Source: Candidatus Methanomethylophilaceae archaeon (GTDB lineage Archaea > Thermoplasmatota > Thermoplasmata > Methanomassiliicoccales > Methanomethylophilaceae). From it: 64,000 nucleotides of DNA. Below the pieces are notes generated by a model. It saw only the letters and a program-made list of their open reading frames with translations. It had not been told where the DNA came from and did no database searches. The position numbers and the translations under genes were made by a program. Shown here piece by piece: positions 30,694-40,553 of this stretch (its first letter is position 1; each line of letters begins with the position of its first letter). The DNA lies in the NCBI GenBank assembly GCA_944320495.1, contig CALUHR010000013.1:416001-480000 (forward strand). The letters are read 5' to 3'.

Positions 30694-32040
30694 TCACTCG
30701 GCCCTGAGGACGCGCTGGACCAGTTCGTCGGCCATCTCCATCAGGCCGATGATGTAGGCCATGTCCTGGGACTCGGCTATTGTCTCGACGACCTGGTCCT
30801 CCCCGTCCTGCCTGAGGCGCACGAGGAACCATCCGCCGTCCATGGACACGCGGAACTCAGATCCGTACTGGGAGGTCCTCCCAGCCACCTGCCCGAGGTT
30901 CTCCTCCACGGCCCTCCTGAACACATCGGGCCTCATCTGACACTCGTAGGTGCGGCTGTCGCGGATGTAGGACGGCAGCCTCTCCGTGACCGAGTGGAGG
31001 CTGTTGCCCCCGGCCATCTTGGCGATGGCCGCCGCGGTGCGCACGCCGTCTCCTATGGCGGCTCCGCCCCCGAAGACGATGCTGCCGTGGTAGTATCCGA
31101 GGTCCGCACCGGACGCGACCGCCTCGCATATGGCGGCGGCACTGTCCTGGGTCATCACGGCGCTCCTCTCCGGCGGTTCCTCGAACGGGGTGCTCACCTC
31201 GACGTCTATGCGACCCATGAGGGCGTCCTCGATCACCGACGGGGCGTCTGCGGTGATGGCGATGGTGGCCGGTCTCATGTACAGGACCAGGAGGGCGAAC
31301 ACGCGGTCCATGGGTATCACGTCGCCCTGCTCGTCCACGACGTCGACGGCCGTGCCCACGGGGTTGATCCCGATGCCGATGCTTCCCGGGGTCGCCCCGA
31401 CGAGTCTCTTCAGCCCGTCGAGCGAATCCTCGTCCGCCGTCGGGAGCGGGTGGAAGTCCTCGTCCCACTGCGCGTTGACAGCAAGAACGTCGGCGCCGAG
31501 GGCGTTGAGGATCTGGGGGACGGAATGGGCCCCGCATCCGCACCGGCAGTCCACGACGACGGTGCATCCGGCGCCCCCCACGAACATGGACTCGACCTTC
31601 GCGTTGTACTCCTCGGTGATCCCGTCGCGGATGGAGTAGCCTCCGAGACCTTCGTGATCCGGGGCCGGCGGGGGGTTCTGGAGGACGACCTCCAGGTGCC
31701 TGATCTGGTCGTCCCTGAACAGGCTCCCGTCGGGATTGACGAGGAAGTACCCGCTGATCATGCCCGGGCGGGCGGCGACGTACACCAGGCAGTCGCCCAG
31801 GTCCGAGCGGCTGGCCGCCACGGGTATCCCTACGACACCTAGGTCGATGACGTCCGCCCCCTGGGACAGCAGCCCCGAGATCACGGCGTCTGCCATCATC
31901 GAGCTGCTGCGCATCGGGTCGCGAGCGACGACCACCCTGCCGTGGTCCGCGGCAAGGGCCCTTCCGAGCACGATGCCGTCCTCCGGGGACATCTCCCCCG
32001 TCTGGGAGGACTTGAGGACGATCCTCCCTCTCTGATTCAT
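30694..32040 (-). CDS. phosphohexomutase-fold protein lacking catalytic motifs
   Basis: Overall PMM/PGM architecture (VVVARDPMRSS, VVVDCRCGCG, LNALGADV). The TASHNP loop appears as VAARPG and the DGDxDR metal loop as NPVGTA. Confidence 0.8.
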   Translation of the reverse strand: MNQRGRIVLKSSQTGEMSPEDGIVLGRALAADHGRVVVARDPMRSSSMMADAVISGLLSQGADVIDLGVVGIPVAASRSDLGDCLVYVAARPGMISGYFLVNPDGSLFRDDQIRHLEVVLQNPPPAPDHEGLGGYSIRDGITEEYNAKVESMFVGGAGCTVVVDCRCGCGAHSVPQILNALGADVLAVNAQWDEDFHPLPTADEDSLDGLKRLVGATPGSIGIGINPVGTAVDVVDEQGDVIPMDRVFALLVLYMRPATIAITADAPSVIEDALMGRIDVEVSTPFEEPPERSAVMTQDSAAAICEAVASGADLGYYHGSIVFGGGAAIGDGVRTAAAIAKMAGGNSLHSVTERLPSYIRDSRTYECQMRPDVFRRAVEENLGQVAGRTSQYGSEFRVSMDGGWFLVRLRQDGEDQVVETIAESQDMAYIIGLMEMADELVQRVLRAE

Positions 32041-32242
32041 GCTGATGCCATCGCCCTGCCATTGAAATGGATTTTGTTCGGATTATACATCCATCTTCAG
32101 CCATGTGACCCATTCGTCGATCCTCTCGGATGCTCGGTCACAATCGTAGGGAGATCGAACGGATGTGCTGGCTATGCGGGCCTTATATTTTTATATTTAA
32201 ATAGGCTTAAAAAGCTCAGACTAGGGGGGATTTGCCATAGTC

Positions 32243-32455
32243 ATGGAGAAAATCGACATCAAGAAGGCCCAGGCCATCGCCAAGAACAAGGGTCTCAAGC
32301 CCGGCAAGGTCAAGGGAACCGACGGGGTCCAGTTCACGAAGGGGAAGAACGAGAGGCTCGACGTCATCACATGGGATGAGTTCGAGGCCATTCTCGCCAA
32401 GAGGAGCCTGGCCATCTATGAGTCGGGCGGTTGGATGAAGATAATGAAGGCCTGA
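32243..32455 (+). CDS. small basic hypothetical protein (70 aa)
   Basis: Strong TTTATATTTAAATA box upstream, codon bias like the highly expressed genes, downstream hairpin. Confidence 0.8.
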   Translation: MEKIDIKKAQAIAKNKGLKPGKVKGTDGVQFTKGKNERLDVITWDEFEAILAKRSLAIYESGGWMKIMKA

Positions 32456-32482
32456 ATCACGATTTCATCGCTTCACATTCAG

Positions 32483-32508
32483 ACCTGCCCGGATCCGGAC
32501 GGGCAGGT
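32483..32508 (+). terminator. hairpin after the small basic protein gene
   Basis: acctgcccg...cgggcaggt, 9-bp arms followed by a pyrimidine/T-rich tract. Confidence 0.55.
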
Positions 32509-32559
32509 TCACTTCATCTTTTTATACTATGACAATATCCGCGTCTTAAGGCTCTCCGT

Positions 32560-32647
32560 GCAAGGGTATCCGAGCCTGGCCAAAGGAGATAGGTTCAGGG
32601 CCTATTCTCGTAGGAGTTCGAGGGTTCAAATCCCTTCCCTTGCACCA
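32560..32647 (+). tRNA. tRNA-Leu (anticodon CAG), CCA encoded
   Basis: GCAAGGG/CCCTTGC acceptor stem, ATAGG-TTCAGGG-CCTAT anticodon arm, long variable arm, GGTTCAAATCC T-arm. Confidence 0.96.
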
Positions 32648-32774
32648 ATTTCTGCATCCTGACAGCTCGTCAGAGCGTCACGCCCCCCATCCCCCGATTT
32701 CGAAGCATCCGCCCATCTGTCGTCCCATCCCATCGCCGAATAGCTCTCCGGCTACATGTCTGGCACATCGCGTC

Positions 32775-33038
32775 TCACAGCGAGATGAGGATCCCGACGA
32801 CCGTTATGGCCAGCAGTATGCCGGCGACCATCGCCCAGAACATGTCCCTCTCCTTCAGGAGGCAGGCGAGGCTGACGATAATGCCCGCGAACGGGGAGAG
32901 TATGAGTACGAGGATGCCCGCGTGGAGGAGGCCGTCCCCCATGCCGAGGAGCTCCGCGGCGATGCCGGCGACCATCAGGACCATCCCGATCATCACGACC
33001 GCACGGAGCATGAGCGCGGTGGACTTGTTCAGCTCCAT
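32775..33038 (-). CDS. small 3-TM membrane protein (DUF1634-like partner of TSUP exporter, 87 aa)
   Basis: MELNKSTAL...GILVLILSPF, hydrophobic; its ATG overlaps the CGA of the upstream gene (CGATG). Confidence 0.75.
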   Translation of the reverse strand: MELNKSTALMLRAVVMIGMVLMVAGIAAELLGMGDGLLHAGILVLILSPFAGIIVSLACLLKERDMFWAMVAGILLAITVVGILISL

Positions 33039-33859
33039 CGGAGCACCCCCGCCGCCTGTAGAAGGACGATCGTCGCCATCACGAACACGACGACGGAGAA
33101 GTACTTCCTGAGATGCCTGGCGTTGATCCTGCGCGTCACCACGGTCCCGGCCAGGGACCCTAGGAACGCACCTATCGCGATCCCGGCGGCGAACTCCAGG
33201 AGGACCTGTCCGCCGAGGAAGTAGGTGATCGCTCCGGAGAAGGCGGTGATGCCGATCATGTAGCTGCTGGTGGCGCTGGCCGTCTTCATCGGCACGTGCA
33301 TGTACAGGTTCATCAGTGGGACCTTGACCATCCCGCCGCCGACGCCCGTCATGGAGGATATCATCCCGGCGACGGTGCAGAGTGCCATCCCACCTCTGAC
33401 GTGTTGGAGCTCGTACGAGACGTCCTCCCCGCTCGCCTCGTCCCTGTAAGAGAAGGCGTACCTGCCCCTTGCGTCCTCGGATGGGTGGACTATCGTCTCG
33501 GGGCTCCTGATCATGCGGTATCCGCTGAAGTAGACGATGATGGCGAAGATCACCATGAGGACCCATTCCTCGAGGTACGTCGCGACTATCGCCCCGATTA
33601 TCGCTCCTGTCGCCGTGGTTATCTCGAGAAGGAGGCCCAGGCGCACGTTCGAGAGGCCCTTGTCCACGTAGACCGTGGACGCTCCCACGGATCCGGCTAT
33701 GATGCCTATGAGGCTGATCGCCACCGCCTCCGTCGGCTCCAGACCCATGAGGAGGAGGACGGGCACGAAGATGATGCCTCCACCGAGGCCGAACAGGGCC
33801 CCGAGTATGCCGGCTCCGAGGCCGATGACCATCAGCAGAACCAGCAGCAGCGGATCCAT
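33038..33859 (-). CDS. sulfite exporter TauE/SafE (TSUP) family protein (273 aa, CGA-terminated)
   Basis: GALFGLGGGIIFVP, SSMTGVGGGMVKVP and ASATSSYMIG motifs. Confidence 0.9.
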
Positions 33860-33933
33860 GCAACCCGCATCGGTGATCCGTTTCTATACCTTACGCGGAA
33901 ACGCTCTTAATCGCACATCCCGTGACAACGCTC

Positions 33934-35250
33934 ATGGGCGTCTCCGAGTCGCTTGACAGGTTCTTCGAGATAAGCGGCAGGGGATCCACCATCTCCACGG
34001 AGGTCAAGGGCGGCGTCCTGATCTTCCTCTCGATGGTGTACATCATCGCCGTAAACACGGGCATGATGGTGGCCGCCGGGATGGACGAGTCGGCCTGCTA
34101 CACCGCGACCATCGTGATGGCCATCATCGGAACTCTCCTGATGGCGCTGTATGCCAAGTTCCCGGTGGCGCAGGCCCCGCTCATGGGCGTCAACGCGTTC
34201 TTCGCCTACACGATAGCGGGGACCATGGGGTTCTCCTGGCAGGAGGCCCTCGTGGCGGTCCTGATCTCGGGAGTGATATTCTTCGTGATCGCGATCACCG
34301 GCGTGAGGAAGCGCGTGCTGGACCAGATTCCCGCGAGCCTCAGGTTCGGGATCACCGCCGGCATCGGATGCTTCATCGTCTTCATCGGTCTGCAGAACGC
34401 CGGTCTGATAGCTGATTCCACCACCCTCGTGGGTCTCGGGGACTTCTCCGACCCCGCGGTCATCCTGGCGTTCTTCTGCATCATCCTCACCCTGTTCCTC
34501 TACGCCATGAGGGTCCCGGGGGCGGTGTTCTTCGGGATGATCGTCACGGCGGTGATCGGTGTGGCGATAGGCATCATCCCGTTGCCCGACGAGCTCGTCT
34601 CCATGCCATCCATGCCGCCGGTGGGCGACTTTATGGACGGGATATCTTCCAAACTCCTGAGCGTCGACTTCCTCGTGGCGGTGATCTCGCTGGCATTCGT
34701 CCAGTTCTTCGACAGCACCGGCACCCTGATGGCGACCGGGGAGAGGGCGGGGATCCTGGACGAGAAAGGCAACGTGAAGTGCGATAGGGCCCTCAATGCG
34801 GATTCGGCCACGTCCGTGATCAGCGGGCTCGTCGGAGCCACCCCCACCGGGTCCTTCGCGGAGTCCACTGTGGGCATCGAGGCGGGAGCAAGGACCGGCC
34901 TGGCGGCACTGACGGTCGCGTGCCTGTTCGCCGTCGCCCTGTTCGTGGGGCCGGCGTTCTCCGTGATCGGATACAGTTGCACGGTCGGAGCGATGGTCAT
35001 CGTCGGCGCCGCCATGATAACCCAGCTCAAGGGAGTGACATGGGACGACTGGCCGACCGCCGTGGCGGTCATGGCGACGGTCATCATCATGATCCTCACC
35101 TACTCGATCACCGACGGCATAGTGTTCGGCATACTGTTCTACTGCGTGTGCATGCTCGGGGCCCGCAGGTGGAGGGAGGTCAGCCCGATCATCTACGGTC
35201 TCGCGGTCCTGTTCGTGCTGTACCTGGTGTTCGTCGTGGGGAGGCTGTGA
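33934..35250 (+). CDS. NCS2/AzgA-type purine permease
   Basis: FLSMVYIIAVN, QAPLMGVNAFF, FFDSTGTL and ESTVGIEAGARTGL motifs. Confidence 0.92.
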   Translation: MGVSESLDRFFEISGRGSTISTEVKGGVLIFLSMVYIIAVNTGMMVAAGMDESACYTATIVMAIIGTLLMALYAKFPVAQAPLMGVNAFFAYTIAGTMGFSWQEALVAVLISGVIFFVIAITGVRKRVLDQIPASLRFGITAGIGCFIVFIGLQNAGLIADSTTLVGLGDFSDPAVILAFFCIILTLFLYAMRVPGAVFFGMIVTAVIGVAIGIIPLPDELVSMPSMPPVGDFMDGISSKLLSVDFLVAVISLAFVQFFDSTGTLMATGERAGILDEKGNVKCDRALNADSATSVISGLVGATPTGSFAESTVGIEAGARTGLAALTVACLFAVALFVGPAFSVIGYSCTVGAMVIVGAAMITQLKGVTWDDWPTAVAVMATVIIMILTYSITDGIVFGILFYCVCMLGARRWREVSPIIYGLAVLFVLYLVFVVGRL

Positions 35251-35290
35251 CATCCGTCACTGTTTTATCCGCAGTGCCGATGGTCCGTGC

Positions 35291-36121
35291 GTGTCCGTAA
35301 TACTCGCCAGATACGCGGAGATAGGCCTGAAGAGCGCGCCGGTCAGGCGCCGGTTCGAGAACCAGCTCCGCGAGAACGCCGTCAACATGCTCATGGAGGA
35401 CGGCGTGGAGGCCATCGTCGAGAAGCAGGGAGCCAGGCTCTACGTGGAGGCCGAGGATCCCGAGAGGGCGGTGGCGACCCTGAGGAGGGTGTTCGGCATA
35501 GCCTCCGTCTCCGTCACGGAGACGACCTCGTCCAAGATGGAGGACATCTGCGCACTGGCGGCCTCGTACTCCCTTCCCAGGCTGTCGCAGGGGCAGTCCT
35601 TCGCCGTCCGCGCCCGCAGGGAGGGATCCCAGGGATACACGAGCATGGACGTCGGCCGCGAGGCCGGCTCGGCGATATTCATCGCCAACGAGGACAAGGG
35701 AGTCAGGGTCGACCTCACCGATCCGGACGTGGTCTTCAACGTGGAGGTCAGGGACAACAGGGCCTTCGTGTTCGGCGACGTGGTGAGGTGTCACGGCGGG
35801 TTCCCGGTCGGGAGCCAGGGCAAGGTCCTCGCCAGGATCGATGACGACCGCGGCATCGTGTCCGCCTGGCTCATGATGAAGCGCGGGTGCAGGGTCATAG
35901 CTTCCGGTTCCGCGGACTGGTCCTGCCTCAGGGCGTACGACCCGATGATCCGCGAGGGCACCGAGCACAGGCAGGCCCTGGGCCTGGTCATGGGCACCGC
36001 GCTGGAGGGCCTCGACTCGGTGGACGTGTCGCAGTACGATCTCCCGGTCTATTTCCCGACCATCGGGATGACCGATGCGGAGGTCGCGGAGCTGGCCGAG
36101 ACGATCAGGGCTGGTCTCTGA
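35291..36121 (+). CDS. THUMP-domain ThiI-like protein with degenerate PP-loop domain
   Basis: ILARYAEIGLKS...RRFENQL, SFAVRARR, VDLTDPD and GFPVGSQGKV match ThiI; the SGGxDS loop appears as RIDDDRG. Confidence 0.8.
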   Translation: MSVILARYAEIGLKSAPVRRRFENQLRENAVNMLMEDGVEAIVEKQGARLYVEAEDPERAVATLRRVFGIASVSVTETTSSKMEDICALAASYSLPRLSQGQSFAVRARREGSQGYTSMDVGREAGSAIFIANEDKGVRVDLTDPDVVFNVEVRDNRAFVFGDVVRCHGGFPVGSQGKVLARIDDDRGIVSAWLMMKRGCRVIASGSADWSCLRAYDPMIREGTEHRQALGLVMGTALEGLDSVDVSQYDLPVYFPTIGMTDAEVAELAETIRAGL

Positions 36122-36230
36122 TTCTATTCCCTCACACCTCGAACGACTTCGAGAGGCTGCCGGTCCGCGAATCATGTGCGGGTGAAACGGTACCGGATCC
36201 GATATCGGAATTCTATGGGCTGAAAAGGTC

Positions 36231-36248
36231 CCGCCCCCGAAGGGGCGG
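36231..36248 (-). terminator. hairpin after rpl15e
   Basis: ccgcccc-cgaa-ggggcgg, followed on the minus strand by a short T run. Confidence 0.5.
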
Positions 36249-36271
36249 TAAGAGGTTTCAGGAAGTGAATA

Positions 36272-36901
36272 TCACTTGATCCTTCTCTGGTTGGCCCTGA
36301 CGGAAGGCCTGGCCTTCTCGGCACCCTTTCCGGTGTGCCTCATTCCACGGCCCTTCTGGCCTGCGGAGGTCTTACCGCGGTAGACACGGTTGGTGTGCTC
36401 CTTGTCGCAGATCCAGTTGATCTTGGGGTCGGCCTTGATCACGGGGTGCGCGGGGTCCACGAGGATGACCTCGTACCACTCCTGCTGTCCGTCGGCTCCG
36501 ACCCAGTAGGAGTTCAGAACCTCGAGGTTGGGGTAGCGCTTGGCGGTCCTCTCCTCGGCCATCCTCTGGAGGGACTTGCCGACGGTGATCTGGTTGATTC
36601 CCTTCCTCTTGGCCCTGCGTCCGGTGACGATGGCCCTCTTCTGGAAGGAACCCTTCCTGACCCTGGCCCTGACGACGACGTATCCCTGCTTGGCCTTGTA
36701 GCCGAGAGCCCTTGCCCTGTCGAGCCTGGTGGGGCGCTCGATGCGGAGGAAGTTCTCCTCCTTGCGCCACTGGATCCTGCGCTCGTAGTTCAGGGCCTTG
36801 ACGTAGCTCTTCTCGGGGACGTCCCAGGCCTTTCCGATATAGTAGTACATGCTTTTCCCGTTGACCGGGCGTGTCTCCTGCTGCTGAGTCTCTTCGCTCA
36901 T
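36272..36901 (-). CDS. rpl15e: 50S ribosomal protein L15e
   Basis: [33 protein letters not shown] and [10 protein letters not shown] motifs. Confidence 0.98.
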   Translation of the reverse strand: MSEETQQQETRPVNGKSMYYYIGKAWDVPEKSYVKALNYERRIQWRKEENFLRIERPTRLDRARALGYKAKQGYVVVRARVRKGSFQKRAIVTGRRAKRKGINQITVGKSLQRMAEERTAKRYPNLEVLNSYWVGADGQQEWYEVILVDPAHPVIKADPKINWICDKEHTNRVYRGKTSAGQKGRGMRHTGKGAEKARPSVRANQRRIK

Positions 36902-37019
36902 TGGAATCACCTTTACGGATTCACCGATGGACGGCACATCTCCGTTCGCGCGGCTAAGCGCCGCACTACGGTGGCGAGGGTCATCCGCTATAAATAGTCT
37001 GTTTCCCGGGCAGGATGTC

Positions 37020-38576
37020 TCGGTCCGAGTAGCTCCTCCTCATGGATGATGACGGGACTGGGATGCCCAGAGATTCGAAGATGACCTTCTGGTCATACGT
37101 CGGAGGATTGACGCGGTACTCGTCGTTCACTCTGAACGCTTTGATGTCGGAAGCCGCGGAGATGACGTCGAGATAGTTTATGCGACCGGCCAGTTCCGAC
37201 CCTTCCACCATGCCTATGAGGGCCGATTTCATTATGGATGCGAAGAAGTCCCCCATCATCGAAGCCAATGCCGTCTCGTTCGACGGAAACAGGGACGCCC
37301 CGCCCTGAAGGTCCGTCCTGAAGATGGTCCAGTCCTGCTGATAACGGCCTGATTTCCAGATGATCCCAAGCATCTCCTCGATGGAGTACCTGGAGTTTGA
37401 CACTATGACGGTTGCGCCGAGGCACAGTTCCTCCGACAATATGGCTTCCGCGTTACGTTCGACGTCTATGCCTCCGTCCGGGCCTCTGTTCAGCGTGAAG
37501 AACCGCATCAGATCGTCGAATCCGTAGTCTGCGATGATGCGGTCCTCGATCGATGGGCTCCATCTCATGCGCGATACGGTGTCCTCGAACTGTCTTAGAT
37601 TGGAATAGAACTCGACGGTGCGCTCGTCATGCGCTCTCATGTCAACGACCAGGTACACGTCGCAGCGGTTCAGTCCGAACGTCCTCTCCAGACGGAGAAT
37701 CTTGTACAGGGACCTGTCATAAACGACCGAGTCGTATCTCACGATGTCGCGGTTCTCCAGCAGCAGTTCCCTGGCGATGGGGGACGAGGAACCGACATCC
37801 ACGATGGTACTGTAGTCGGTCCCCAGGTAGTGTTCGATCTCGGACTCCGTGTATTCCCTTTCGCTCATGCAGAACGTGACGTCATTCACACCCATCCGGT
37901 CCAGATCCGCCGAGATGGCCTTCATCGTGCTGCGGTCTGCGCCGGAGTAGTTCGCCATGCGGAAGTAGAATGGCAATCCGGATTCGATGCTCAGTCCGAG
38001 GAACAGGCTCTTCGACGGAAAGTGGTCGAAGGATGCATGGCTGCTCGTGCCGAACAGCTTGTAGATGCTGATGGGCTCCTTGAGGACGTCTATGTCGTAC
38101 ACGATGGCAGATTTGCCCTTCGCAAACCTGGCGAAGAATTCGTGACGGTGGCGGTATACGGTGATCAGCAGGTTCATGTATCCGTGGAGGGACATCGGCG
38201 CAGAGTCCAGGGGCATGTCGAAGAACTCCGGCAGTATCGAGGACCTGATGTTCTGCGTGGACTGCGTCGGGGGACAGCAGCGGATCGCCCTACTGACGCA
38301 GTGGGAGAAGAGGTATTTCGAACAGTCCGTGCCGTACACATCGCACAATGCATCCCAGAGGCCGCAGCGTCTGCAGACGTTGAACATGAGATAGTACTCG
38401 CCCATGTCCTTGCTGTCGACGTCCACCGATTTGGACGATACGAGGTTGCCGTCCTTGTCGCATTTGCCGATGTACTTCCTCTTCTGTCTGGAGCGCTTCT
38501 TCTCAGGGTCCCACTCGGCCGTCACCTCATAGAGGTAGTAGTTGTCGCGAACCTTCTGGACCACGTTATAAGACAT
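37020..38576 (-). mobile_element. IS1634-family transposase-like ORF, catalytically degenerate (518 aa, CGA-terminated)
   Basis: N-terminus YYLYEVTAEWDPEKKRSRQKRKYIGK and overall layout resemble archaeal IS1634/IS4 transposases. The third Asp and the catalytic Glu region appear diverged, and no terminal inverted repeats were seen. Confidence 0.6.
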
Positions 38577-38590
38577 GGTAACTATGATTG

Positions 38591-38673
38591 TAATAACTCG
38601 TTATTAACATCACACATCATTCATCAAAGCTAGAATATTTCGATTATGGGCATATGTTGATAACCATGTTATC
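38591..38673. promoter_or_regulatory. two related ATAAC-N2/3-GTTAT palindromes in an AT-rich divergent promoter region
   Basis: taataac-tc-gttatta (38591-38606) and gataac-cat-gttatc (38659-38673). Confidence 0.45.
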
Positions 38674-38737
38674 TCGACGTGGGTCTTTACCTTTGGTTCG
38701 ACATGTTGTCCGTTCAACCTCTTGAGGAGGAGACGAC

Positions 38738-40552
38738 ATGGAACAGGTACTCAACGATGTCAAGGAATGCATCACGAAATACCGCTTCAGGGACATAGTC
38801 CCCAAGGTGAACGCTGCCCTCGATGCCGGATTCACGGCAGGACAGATCCTGGACCAGGGCATGGTCGCAGGAATGAACGAGATCGGAGAGGGCTTCAAGA
38901 ACAACACGATCTTCATGCCCCAGATGCTCATGGCCGCCAAGACCATGCAGGCAGGGCTGGAGGTTCTCAGGCCCAAGCTTGCCGAGTCTGACGACTCCGG
39001 CGTCAAGGGCAGGGCGATCGTCGGATCCGTCATGGGGGACGTTCATGACATCGGGAAGAACCTGGTCACCGTCATGTTGCAGGGTGTCGGAATGGACGTC
39101 ATCGATCTCGGTGCCGATGTCCCCCCGGAGGACTTCGTGTCGAAGCTCGACGAGAACCCCGACACGCGGATCGTCGCGTGCTCCTCGTCCATGACCCCCA
39201 CCCGTCAGGCCCTCAAGGACACCGCTGACAGGCTCAATGCCAGGGCCGACAGATCTGGTTTCGCCATTTTCGTGGGAGGGGCCACCATGGATCAGATGTT
39301 CAGCGACGAGATAAAGGCCGACATCTACACAGTCGATGCGGCAACTGCCGCCGACAGGGCGAAGGCGCTCCTCAGCGGATGTCCCATCGCGAAGCTCTCC
39401 GAGGAATCCAGGAGGGCGGCACTGGATTCGATGAGGGAGGTCGAGAGGGACATCGAGGCGGAGGAGGCGGTTGAGGTCCGCCACCGTCACATGGAGCCCC
39501 CTGCGATCAGGGCCCTCAGGGACTCCGGCAGGTACGACAGGTCCAAGATGTCCATCTGGGAGAACCTCCAGGAGTGGCTCAAGCACGACGAGGGTGTCCC
39601 GGACGCGTTCCTGAACCAGTACTTCTTCGATGTGCTCTTCGATCCCGTCATGATGAACTCGAGGAACCTCAAGGATGAGCTCCTCGAGCCCCTGCCCAGG
39701 TACGTGGACGCATGGGGCGTGACGCACCTCAACCCCGAAGGGTCCGCAGGGTCCCATCCCGAGGAGACTCCCGAGACCATCGTCATCAAGGACATCACAA
39801 AGTGGAGGGAGTATGTCCACGAGCAGCCCGCCACCGAGTTCCCTGATGAGGCCTGGGCGTTGGCGGATCAGCAGGCGGCGGCAGCACGCGAGGCAGGAAG
39901 GCCGATCGCCATCCCGATGTTCCCCGGACTGTTCGAGAGGACCCACTTCCTCCTCGGGATGAACGCGGCGCTCACCGCGTACTACGAGCACCCCGACGAG
40001 ATGCACGAGCTCATCGATTGGATCGCGGACTGGGAGTGCAGGTCCCTGGATGCCACCATGGGACGCTACCACGCCGAGATCCTCTTCCACCACGATGACT
40101 GGGGAACGGCCATCAACTCGTTCCTGGACCCAGACACCCACAGGGAGTTCTTCCTCAAGCCATACAAGAGGATCTTCGACCATTTCAGGGAGCTCGGCGG
40201 AAAGGTCGTGATCCACCACTCCGACAGCTACGCCGCCAATCTGGTGCCGATACAGATCGACATGGGCGCTGACATCTGGCAGGGTCCGGTCAGTGCCAAC
40301 AACATCCCGGAGCTGATCGACAAGTACGGAGACCGCTTCATCTTCATGGGCGGGATCGACAACGCCATCATCGATGCCCCCGGATTCACCGATGAGGGCG
40401 TCGAGGAGTTCGTCAGGCAGAGGATCGAGCAGAACGGATGTCACAGCTACATCCCCTGCCTCACCAGGGGCCTGGGGATCTCCATCGTCCCCGGCGTGTA
40501 CGACTCGGTCTCCAAGGCGATAGACAAGATCTCCGCCGAGAAGTTCGATTGA
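38738..40552 (+). CDS. corrinoid-binding protein fused to URO-D/MtaA-like methyltransferase domain (604 aa)
   Basis: N-terminal cap plus GDVHDIGKNLV...SSM...VGG B12-binding motif; C-terminal DAWGVT, GLFERTH, HHDDWG, HHSD and FMGGID TIM-barrel MT2-like motifs. Confidence 0.88.
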   Translation: MEQVLNDVKECITKYRFRDIVPKVNAALDAGFTAGQILDQGMVAGMNEIGEGFKNNTIFMPQMLMAAKTMQAGLEVLRPKLAESDDSGVKGRAIVGSVMGDVHDIGKNLVTVMLQGVGMDVIDLGADVPPEDFVSKLDENPDTRIVACSSSMTPTRQALKDTADRLNARADRSGFAIFVGGATMDQMFSDEIKADIYTVDAATAADRAKALLSGCPIAKLSEESRRAALDSMREVERDIEAEEAVEVRHRHMEPPAIRALRDSGRYDRSKMSIWENLQEWLKHDEGVPDAFLNQYFFDVLFDPVMMNSRNLKDELLEPLPRYVDAWGVTHLNPEGSAGSHPEETPETIVIKDITKWREYVHEQPATEFPDEAWALADQQAAAAREAGRPIAIPMFPGLFERTHFLLGMNAALTAYYEHPDEMHELIDWIADWECRSLDATMGRYHAEILFHHDDWGTAINSFLDPDTHREFFLKPYKRIFDHFRELGGKVVIHHSDSYAANLVPIQIDMGADIWQGPVSANNIPELIDKYGDRFIFMGGIDNAIIDAPGFTDEGVEEFVRQRIEQNGCHSYIPCLTRGLGISIVPGVYDSVSKAIDKISAEKFD

Positions 40553-40553
40553 G

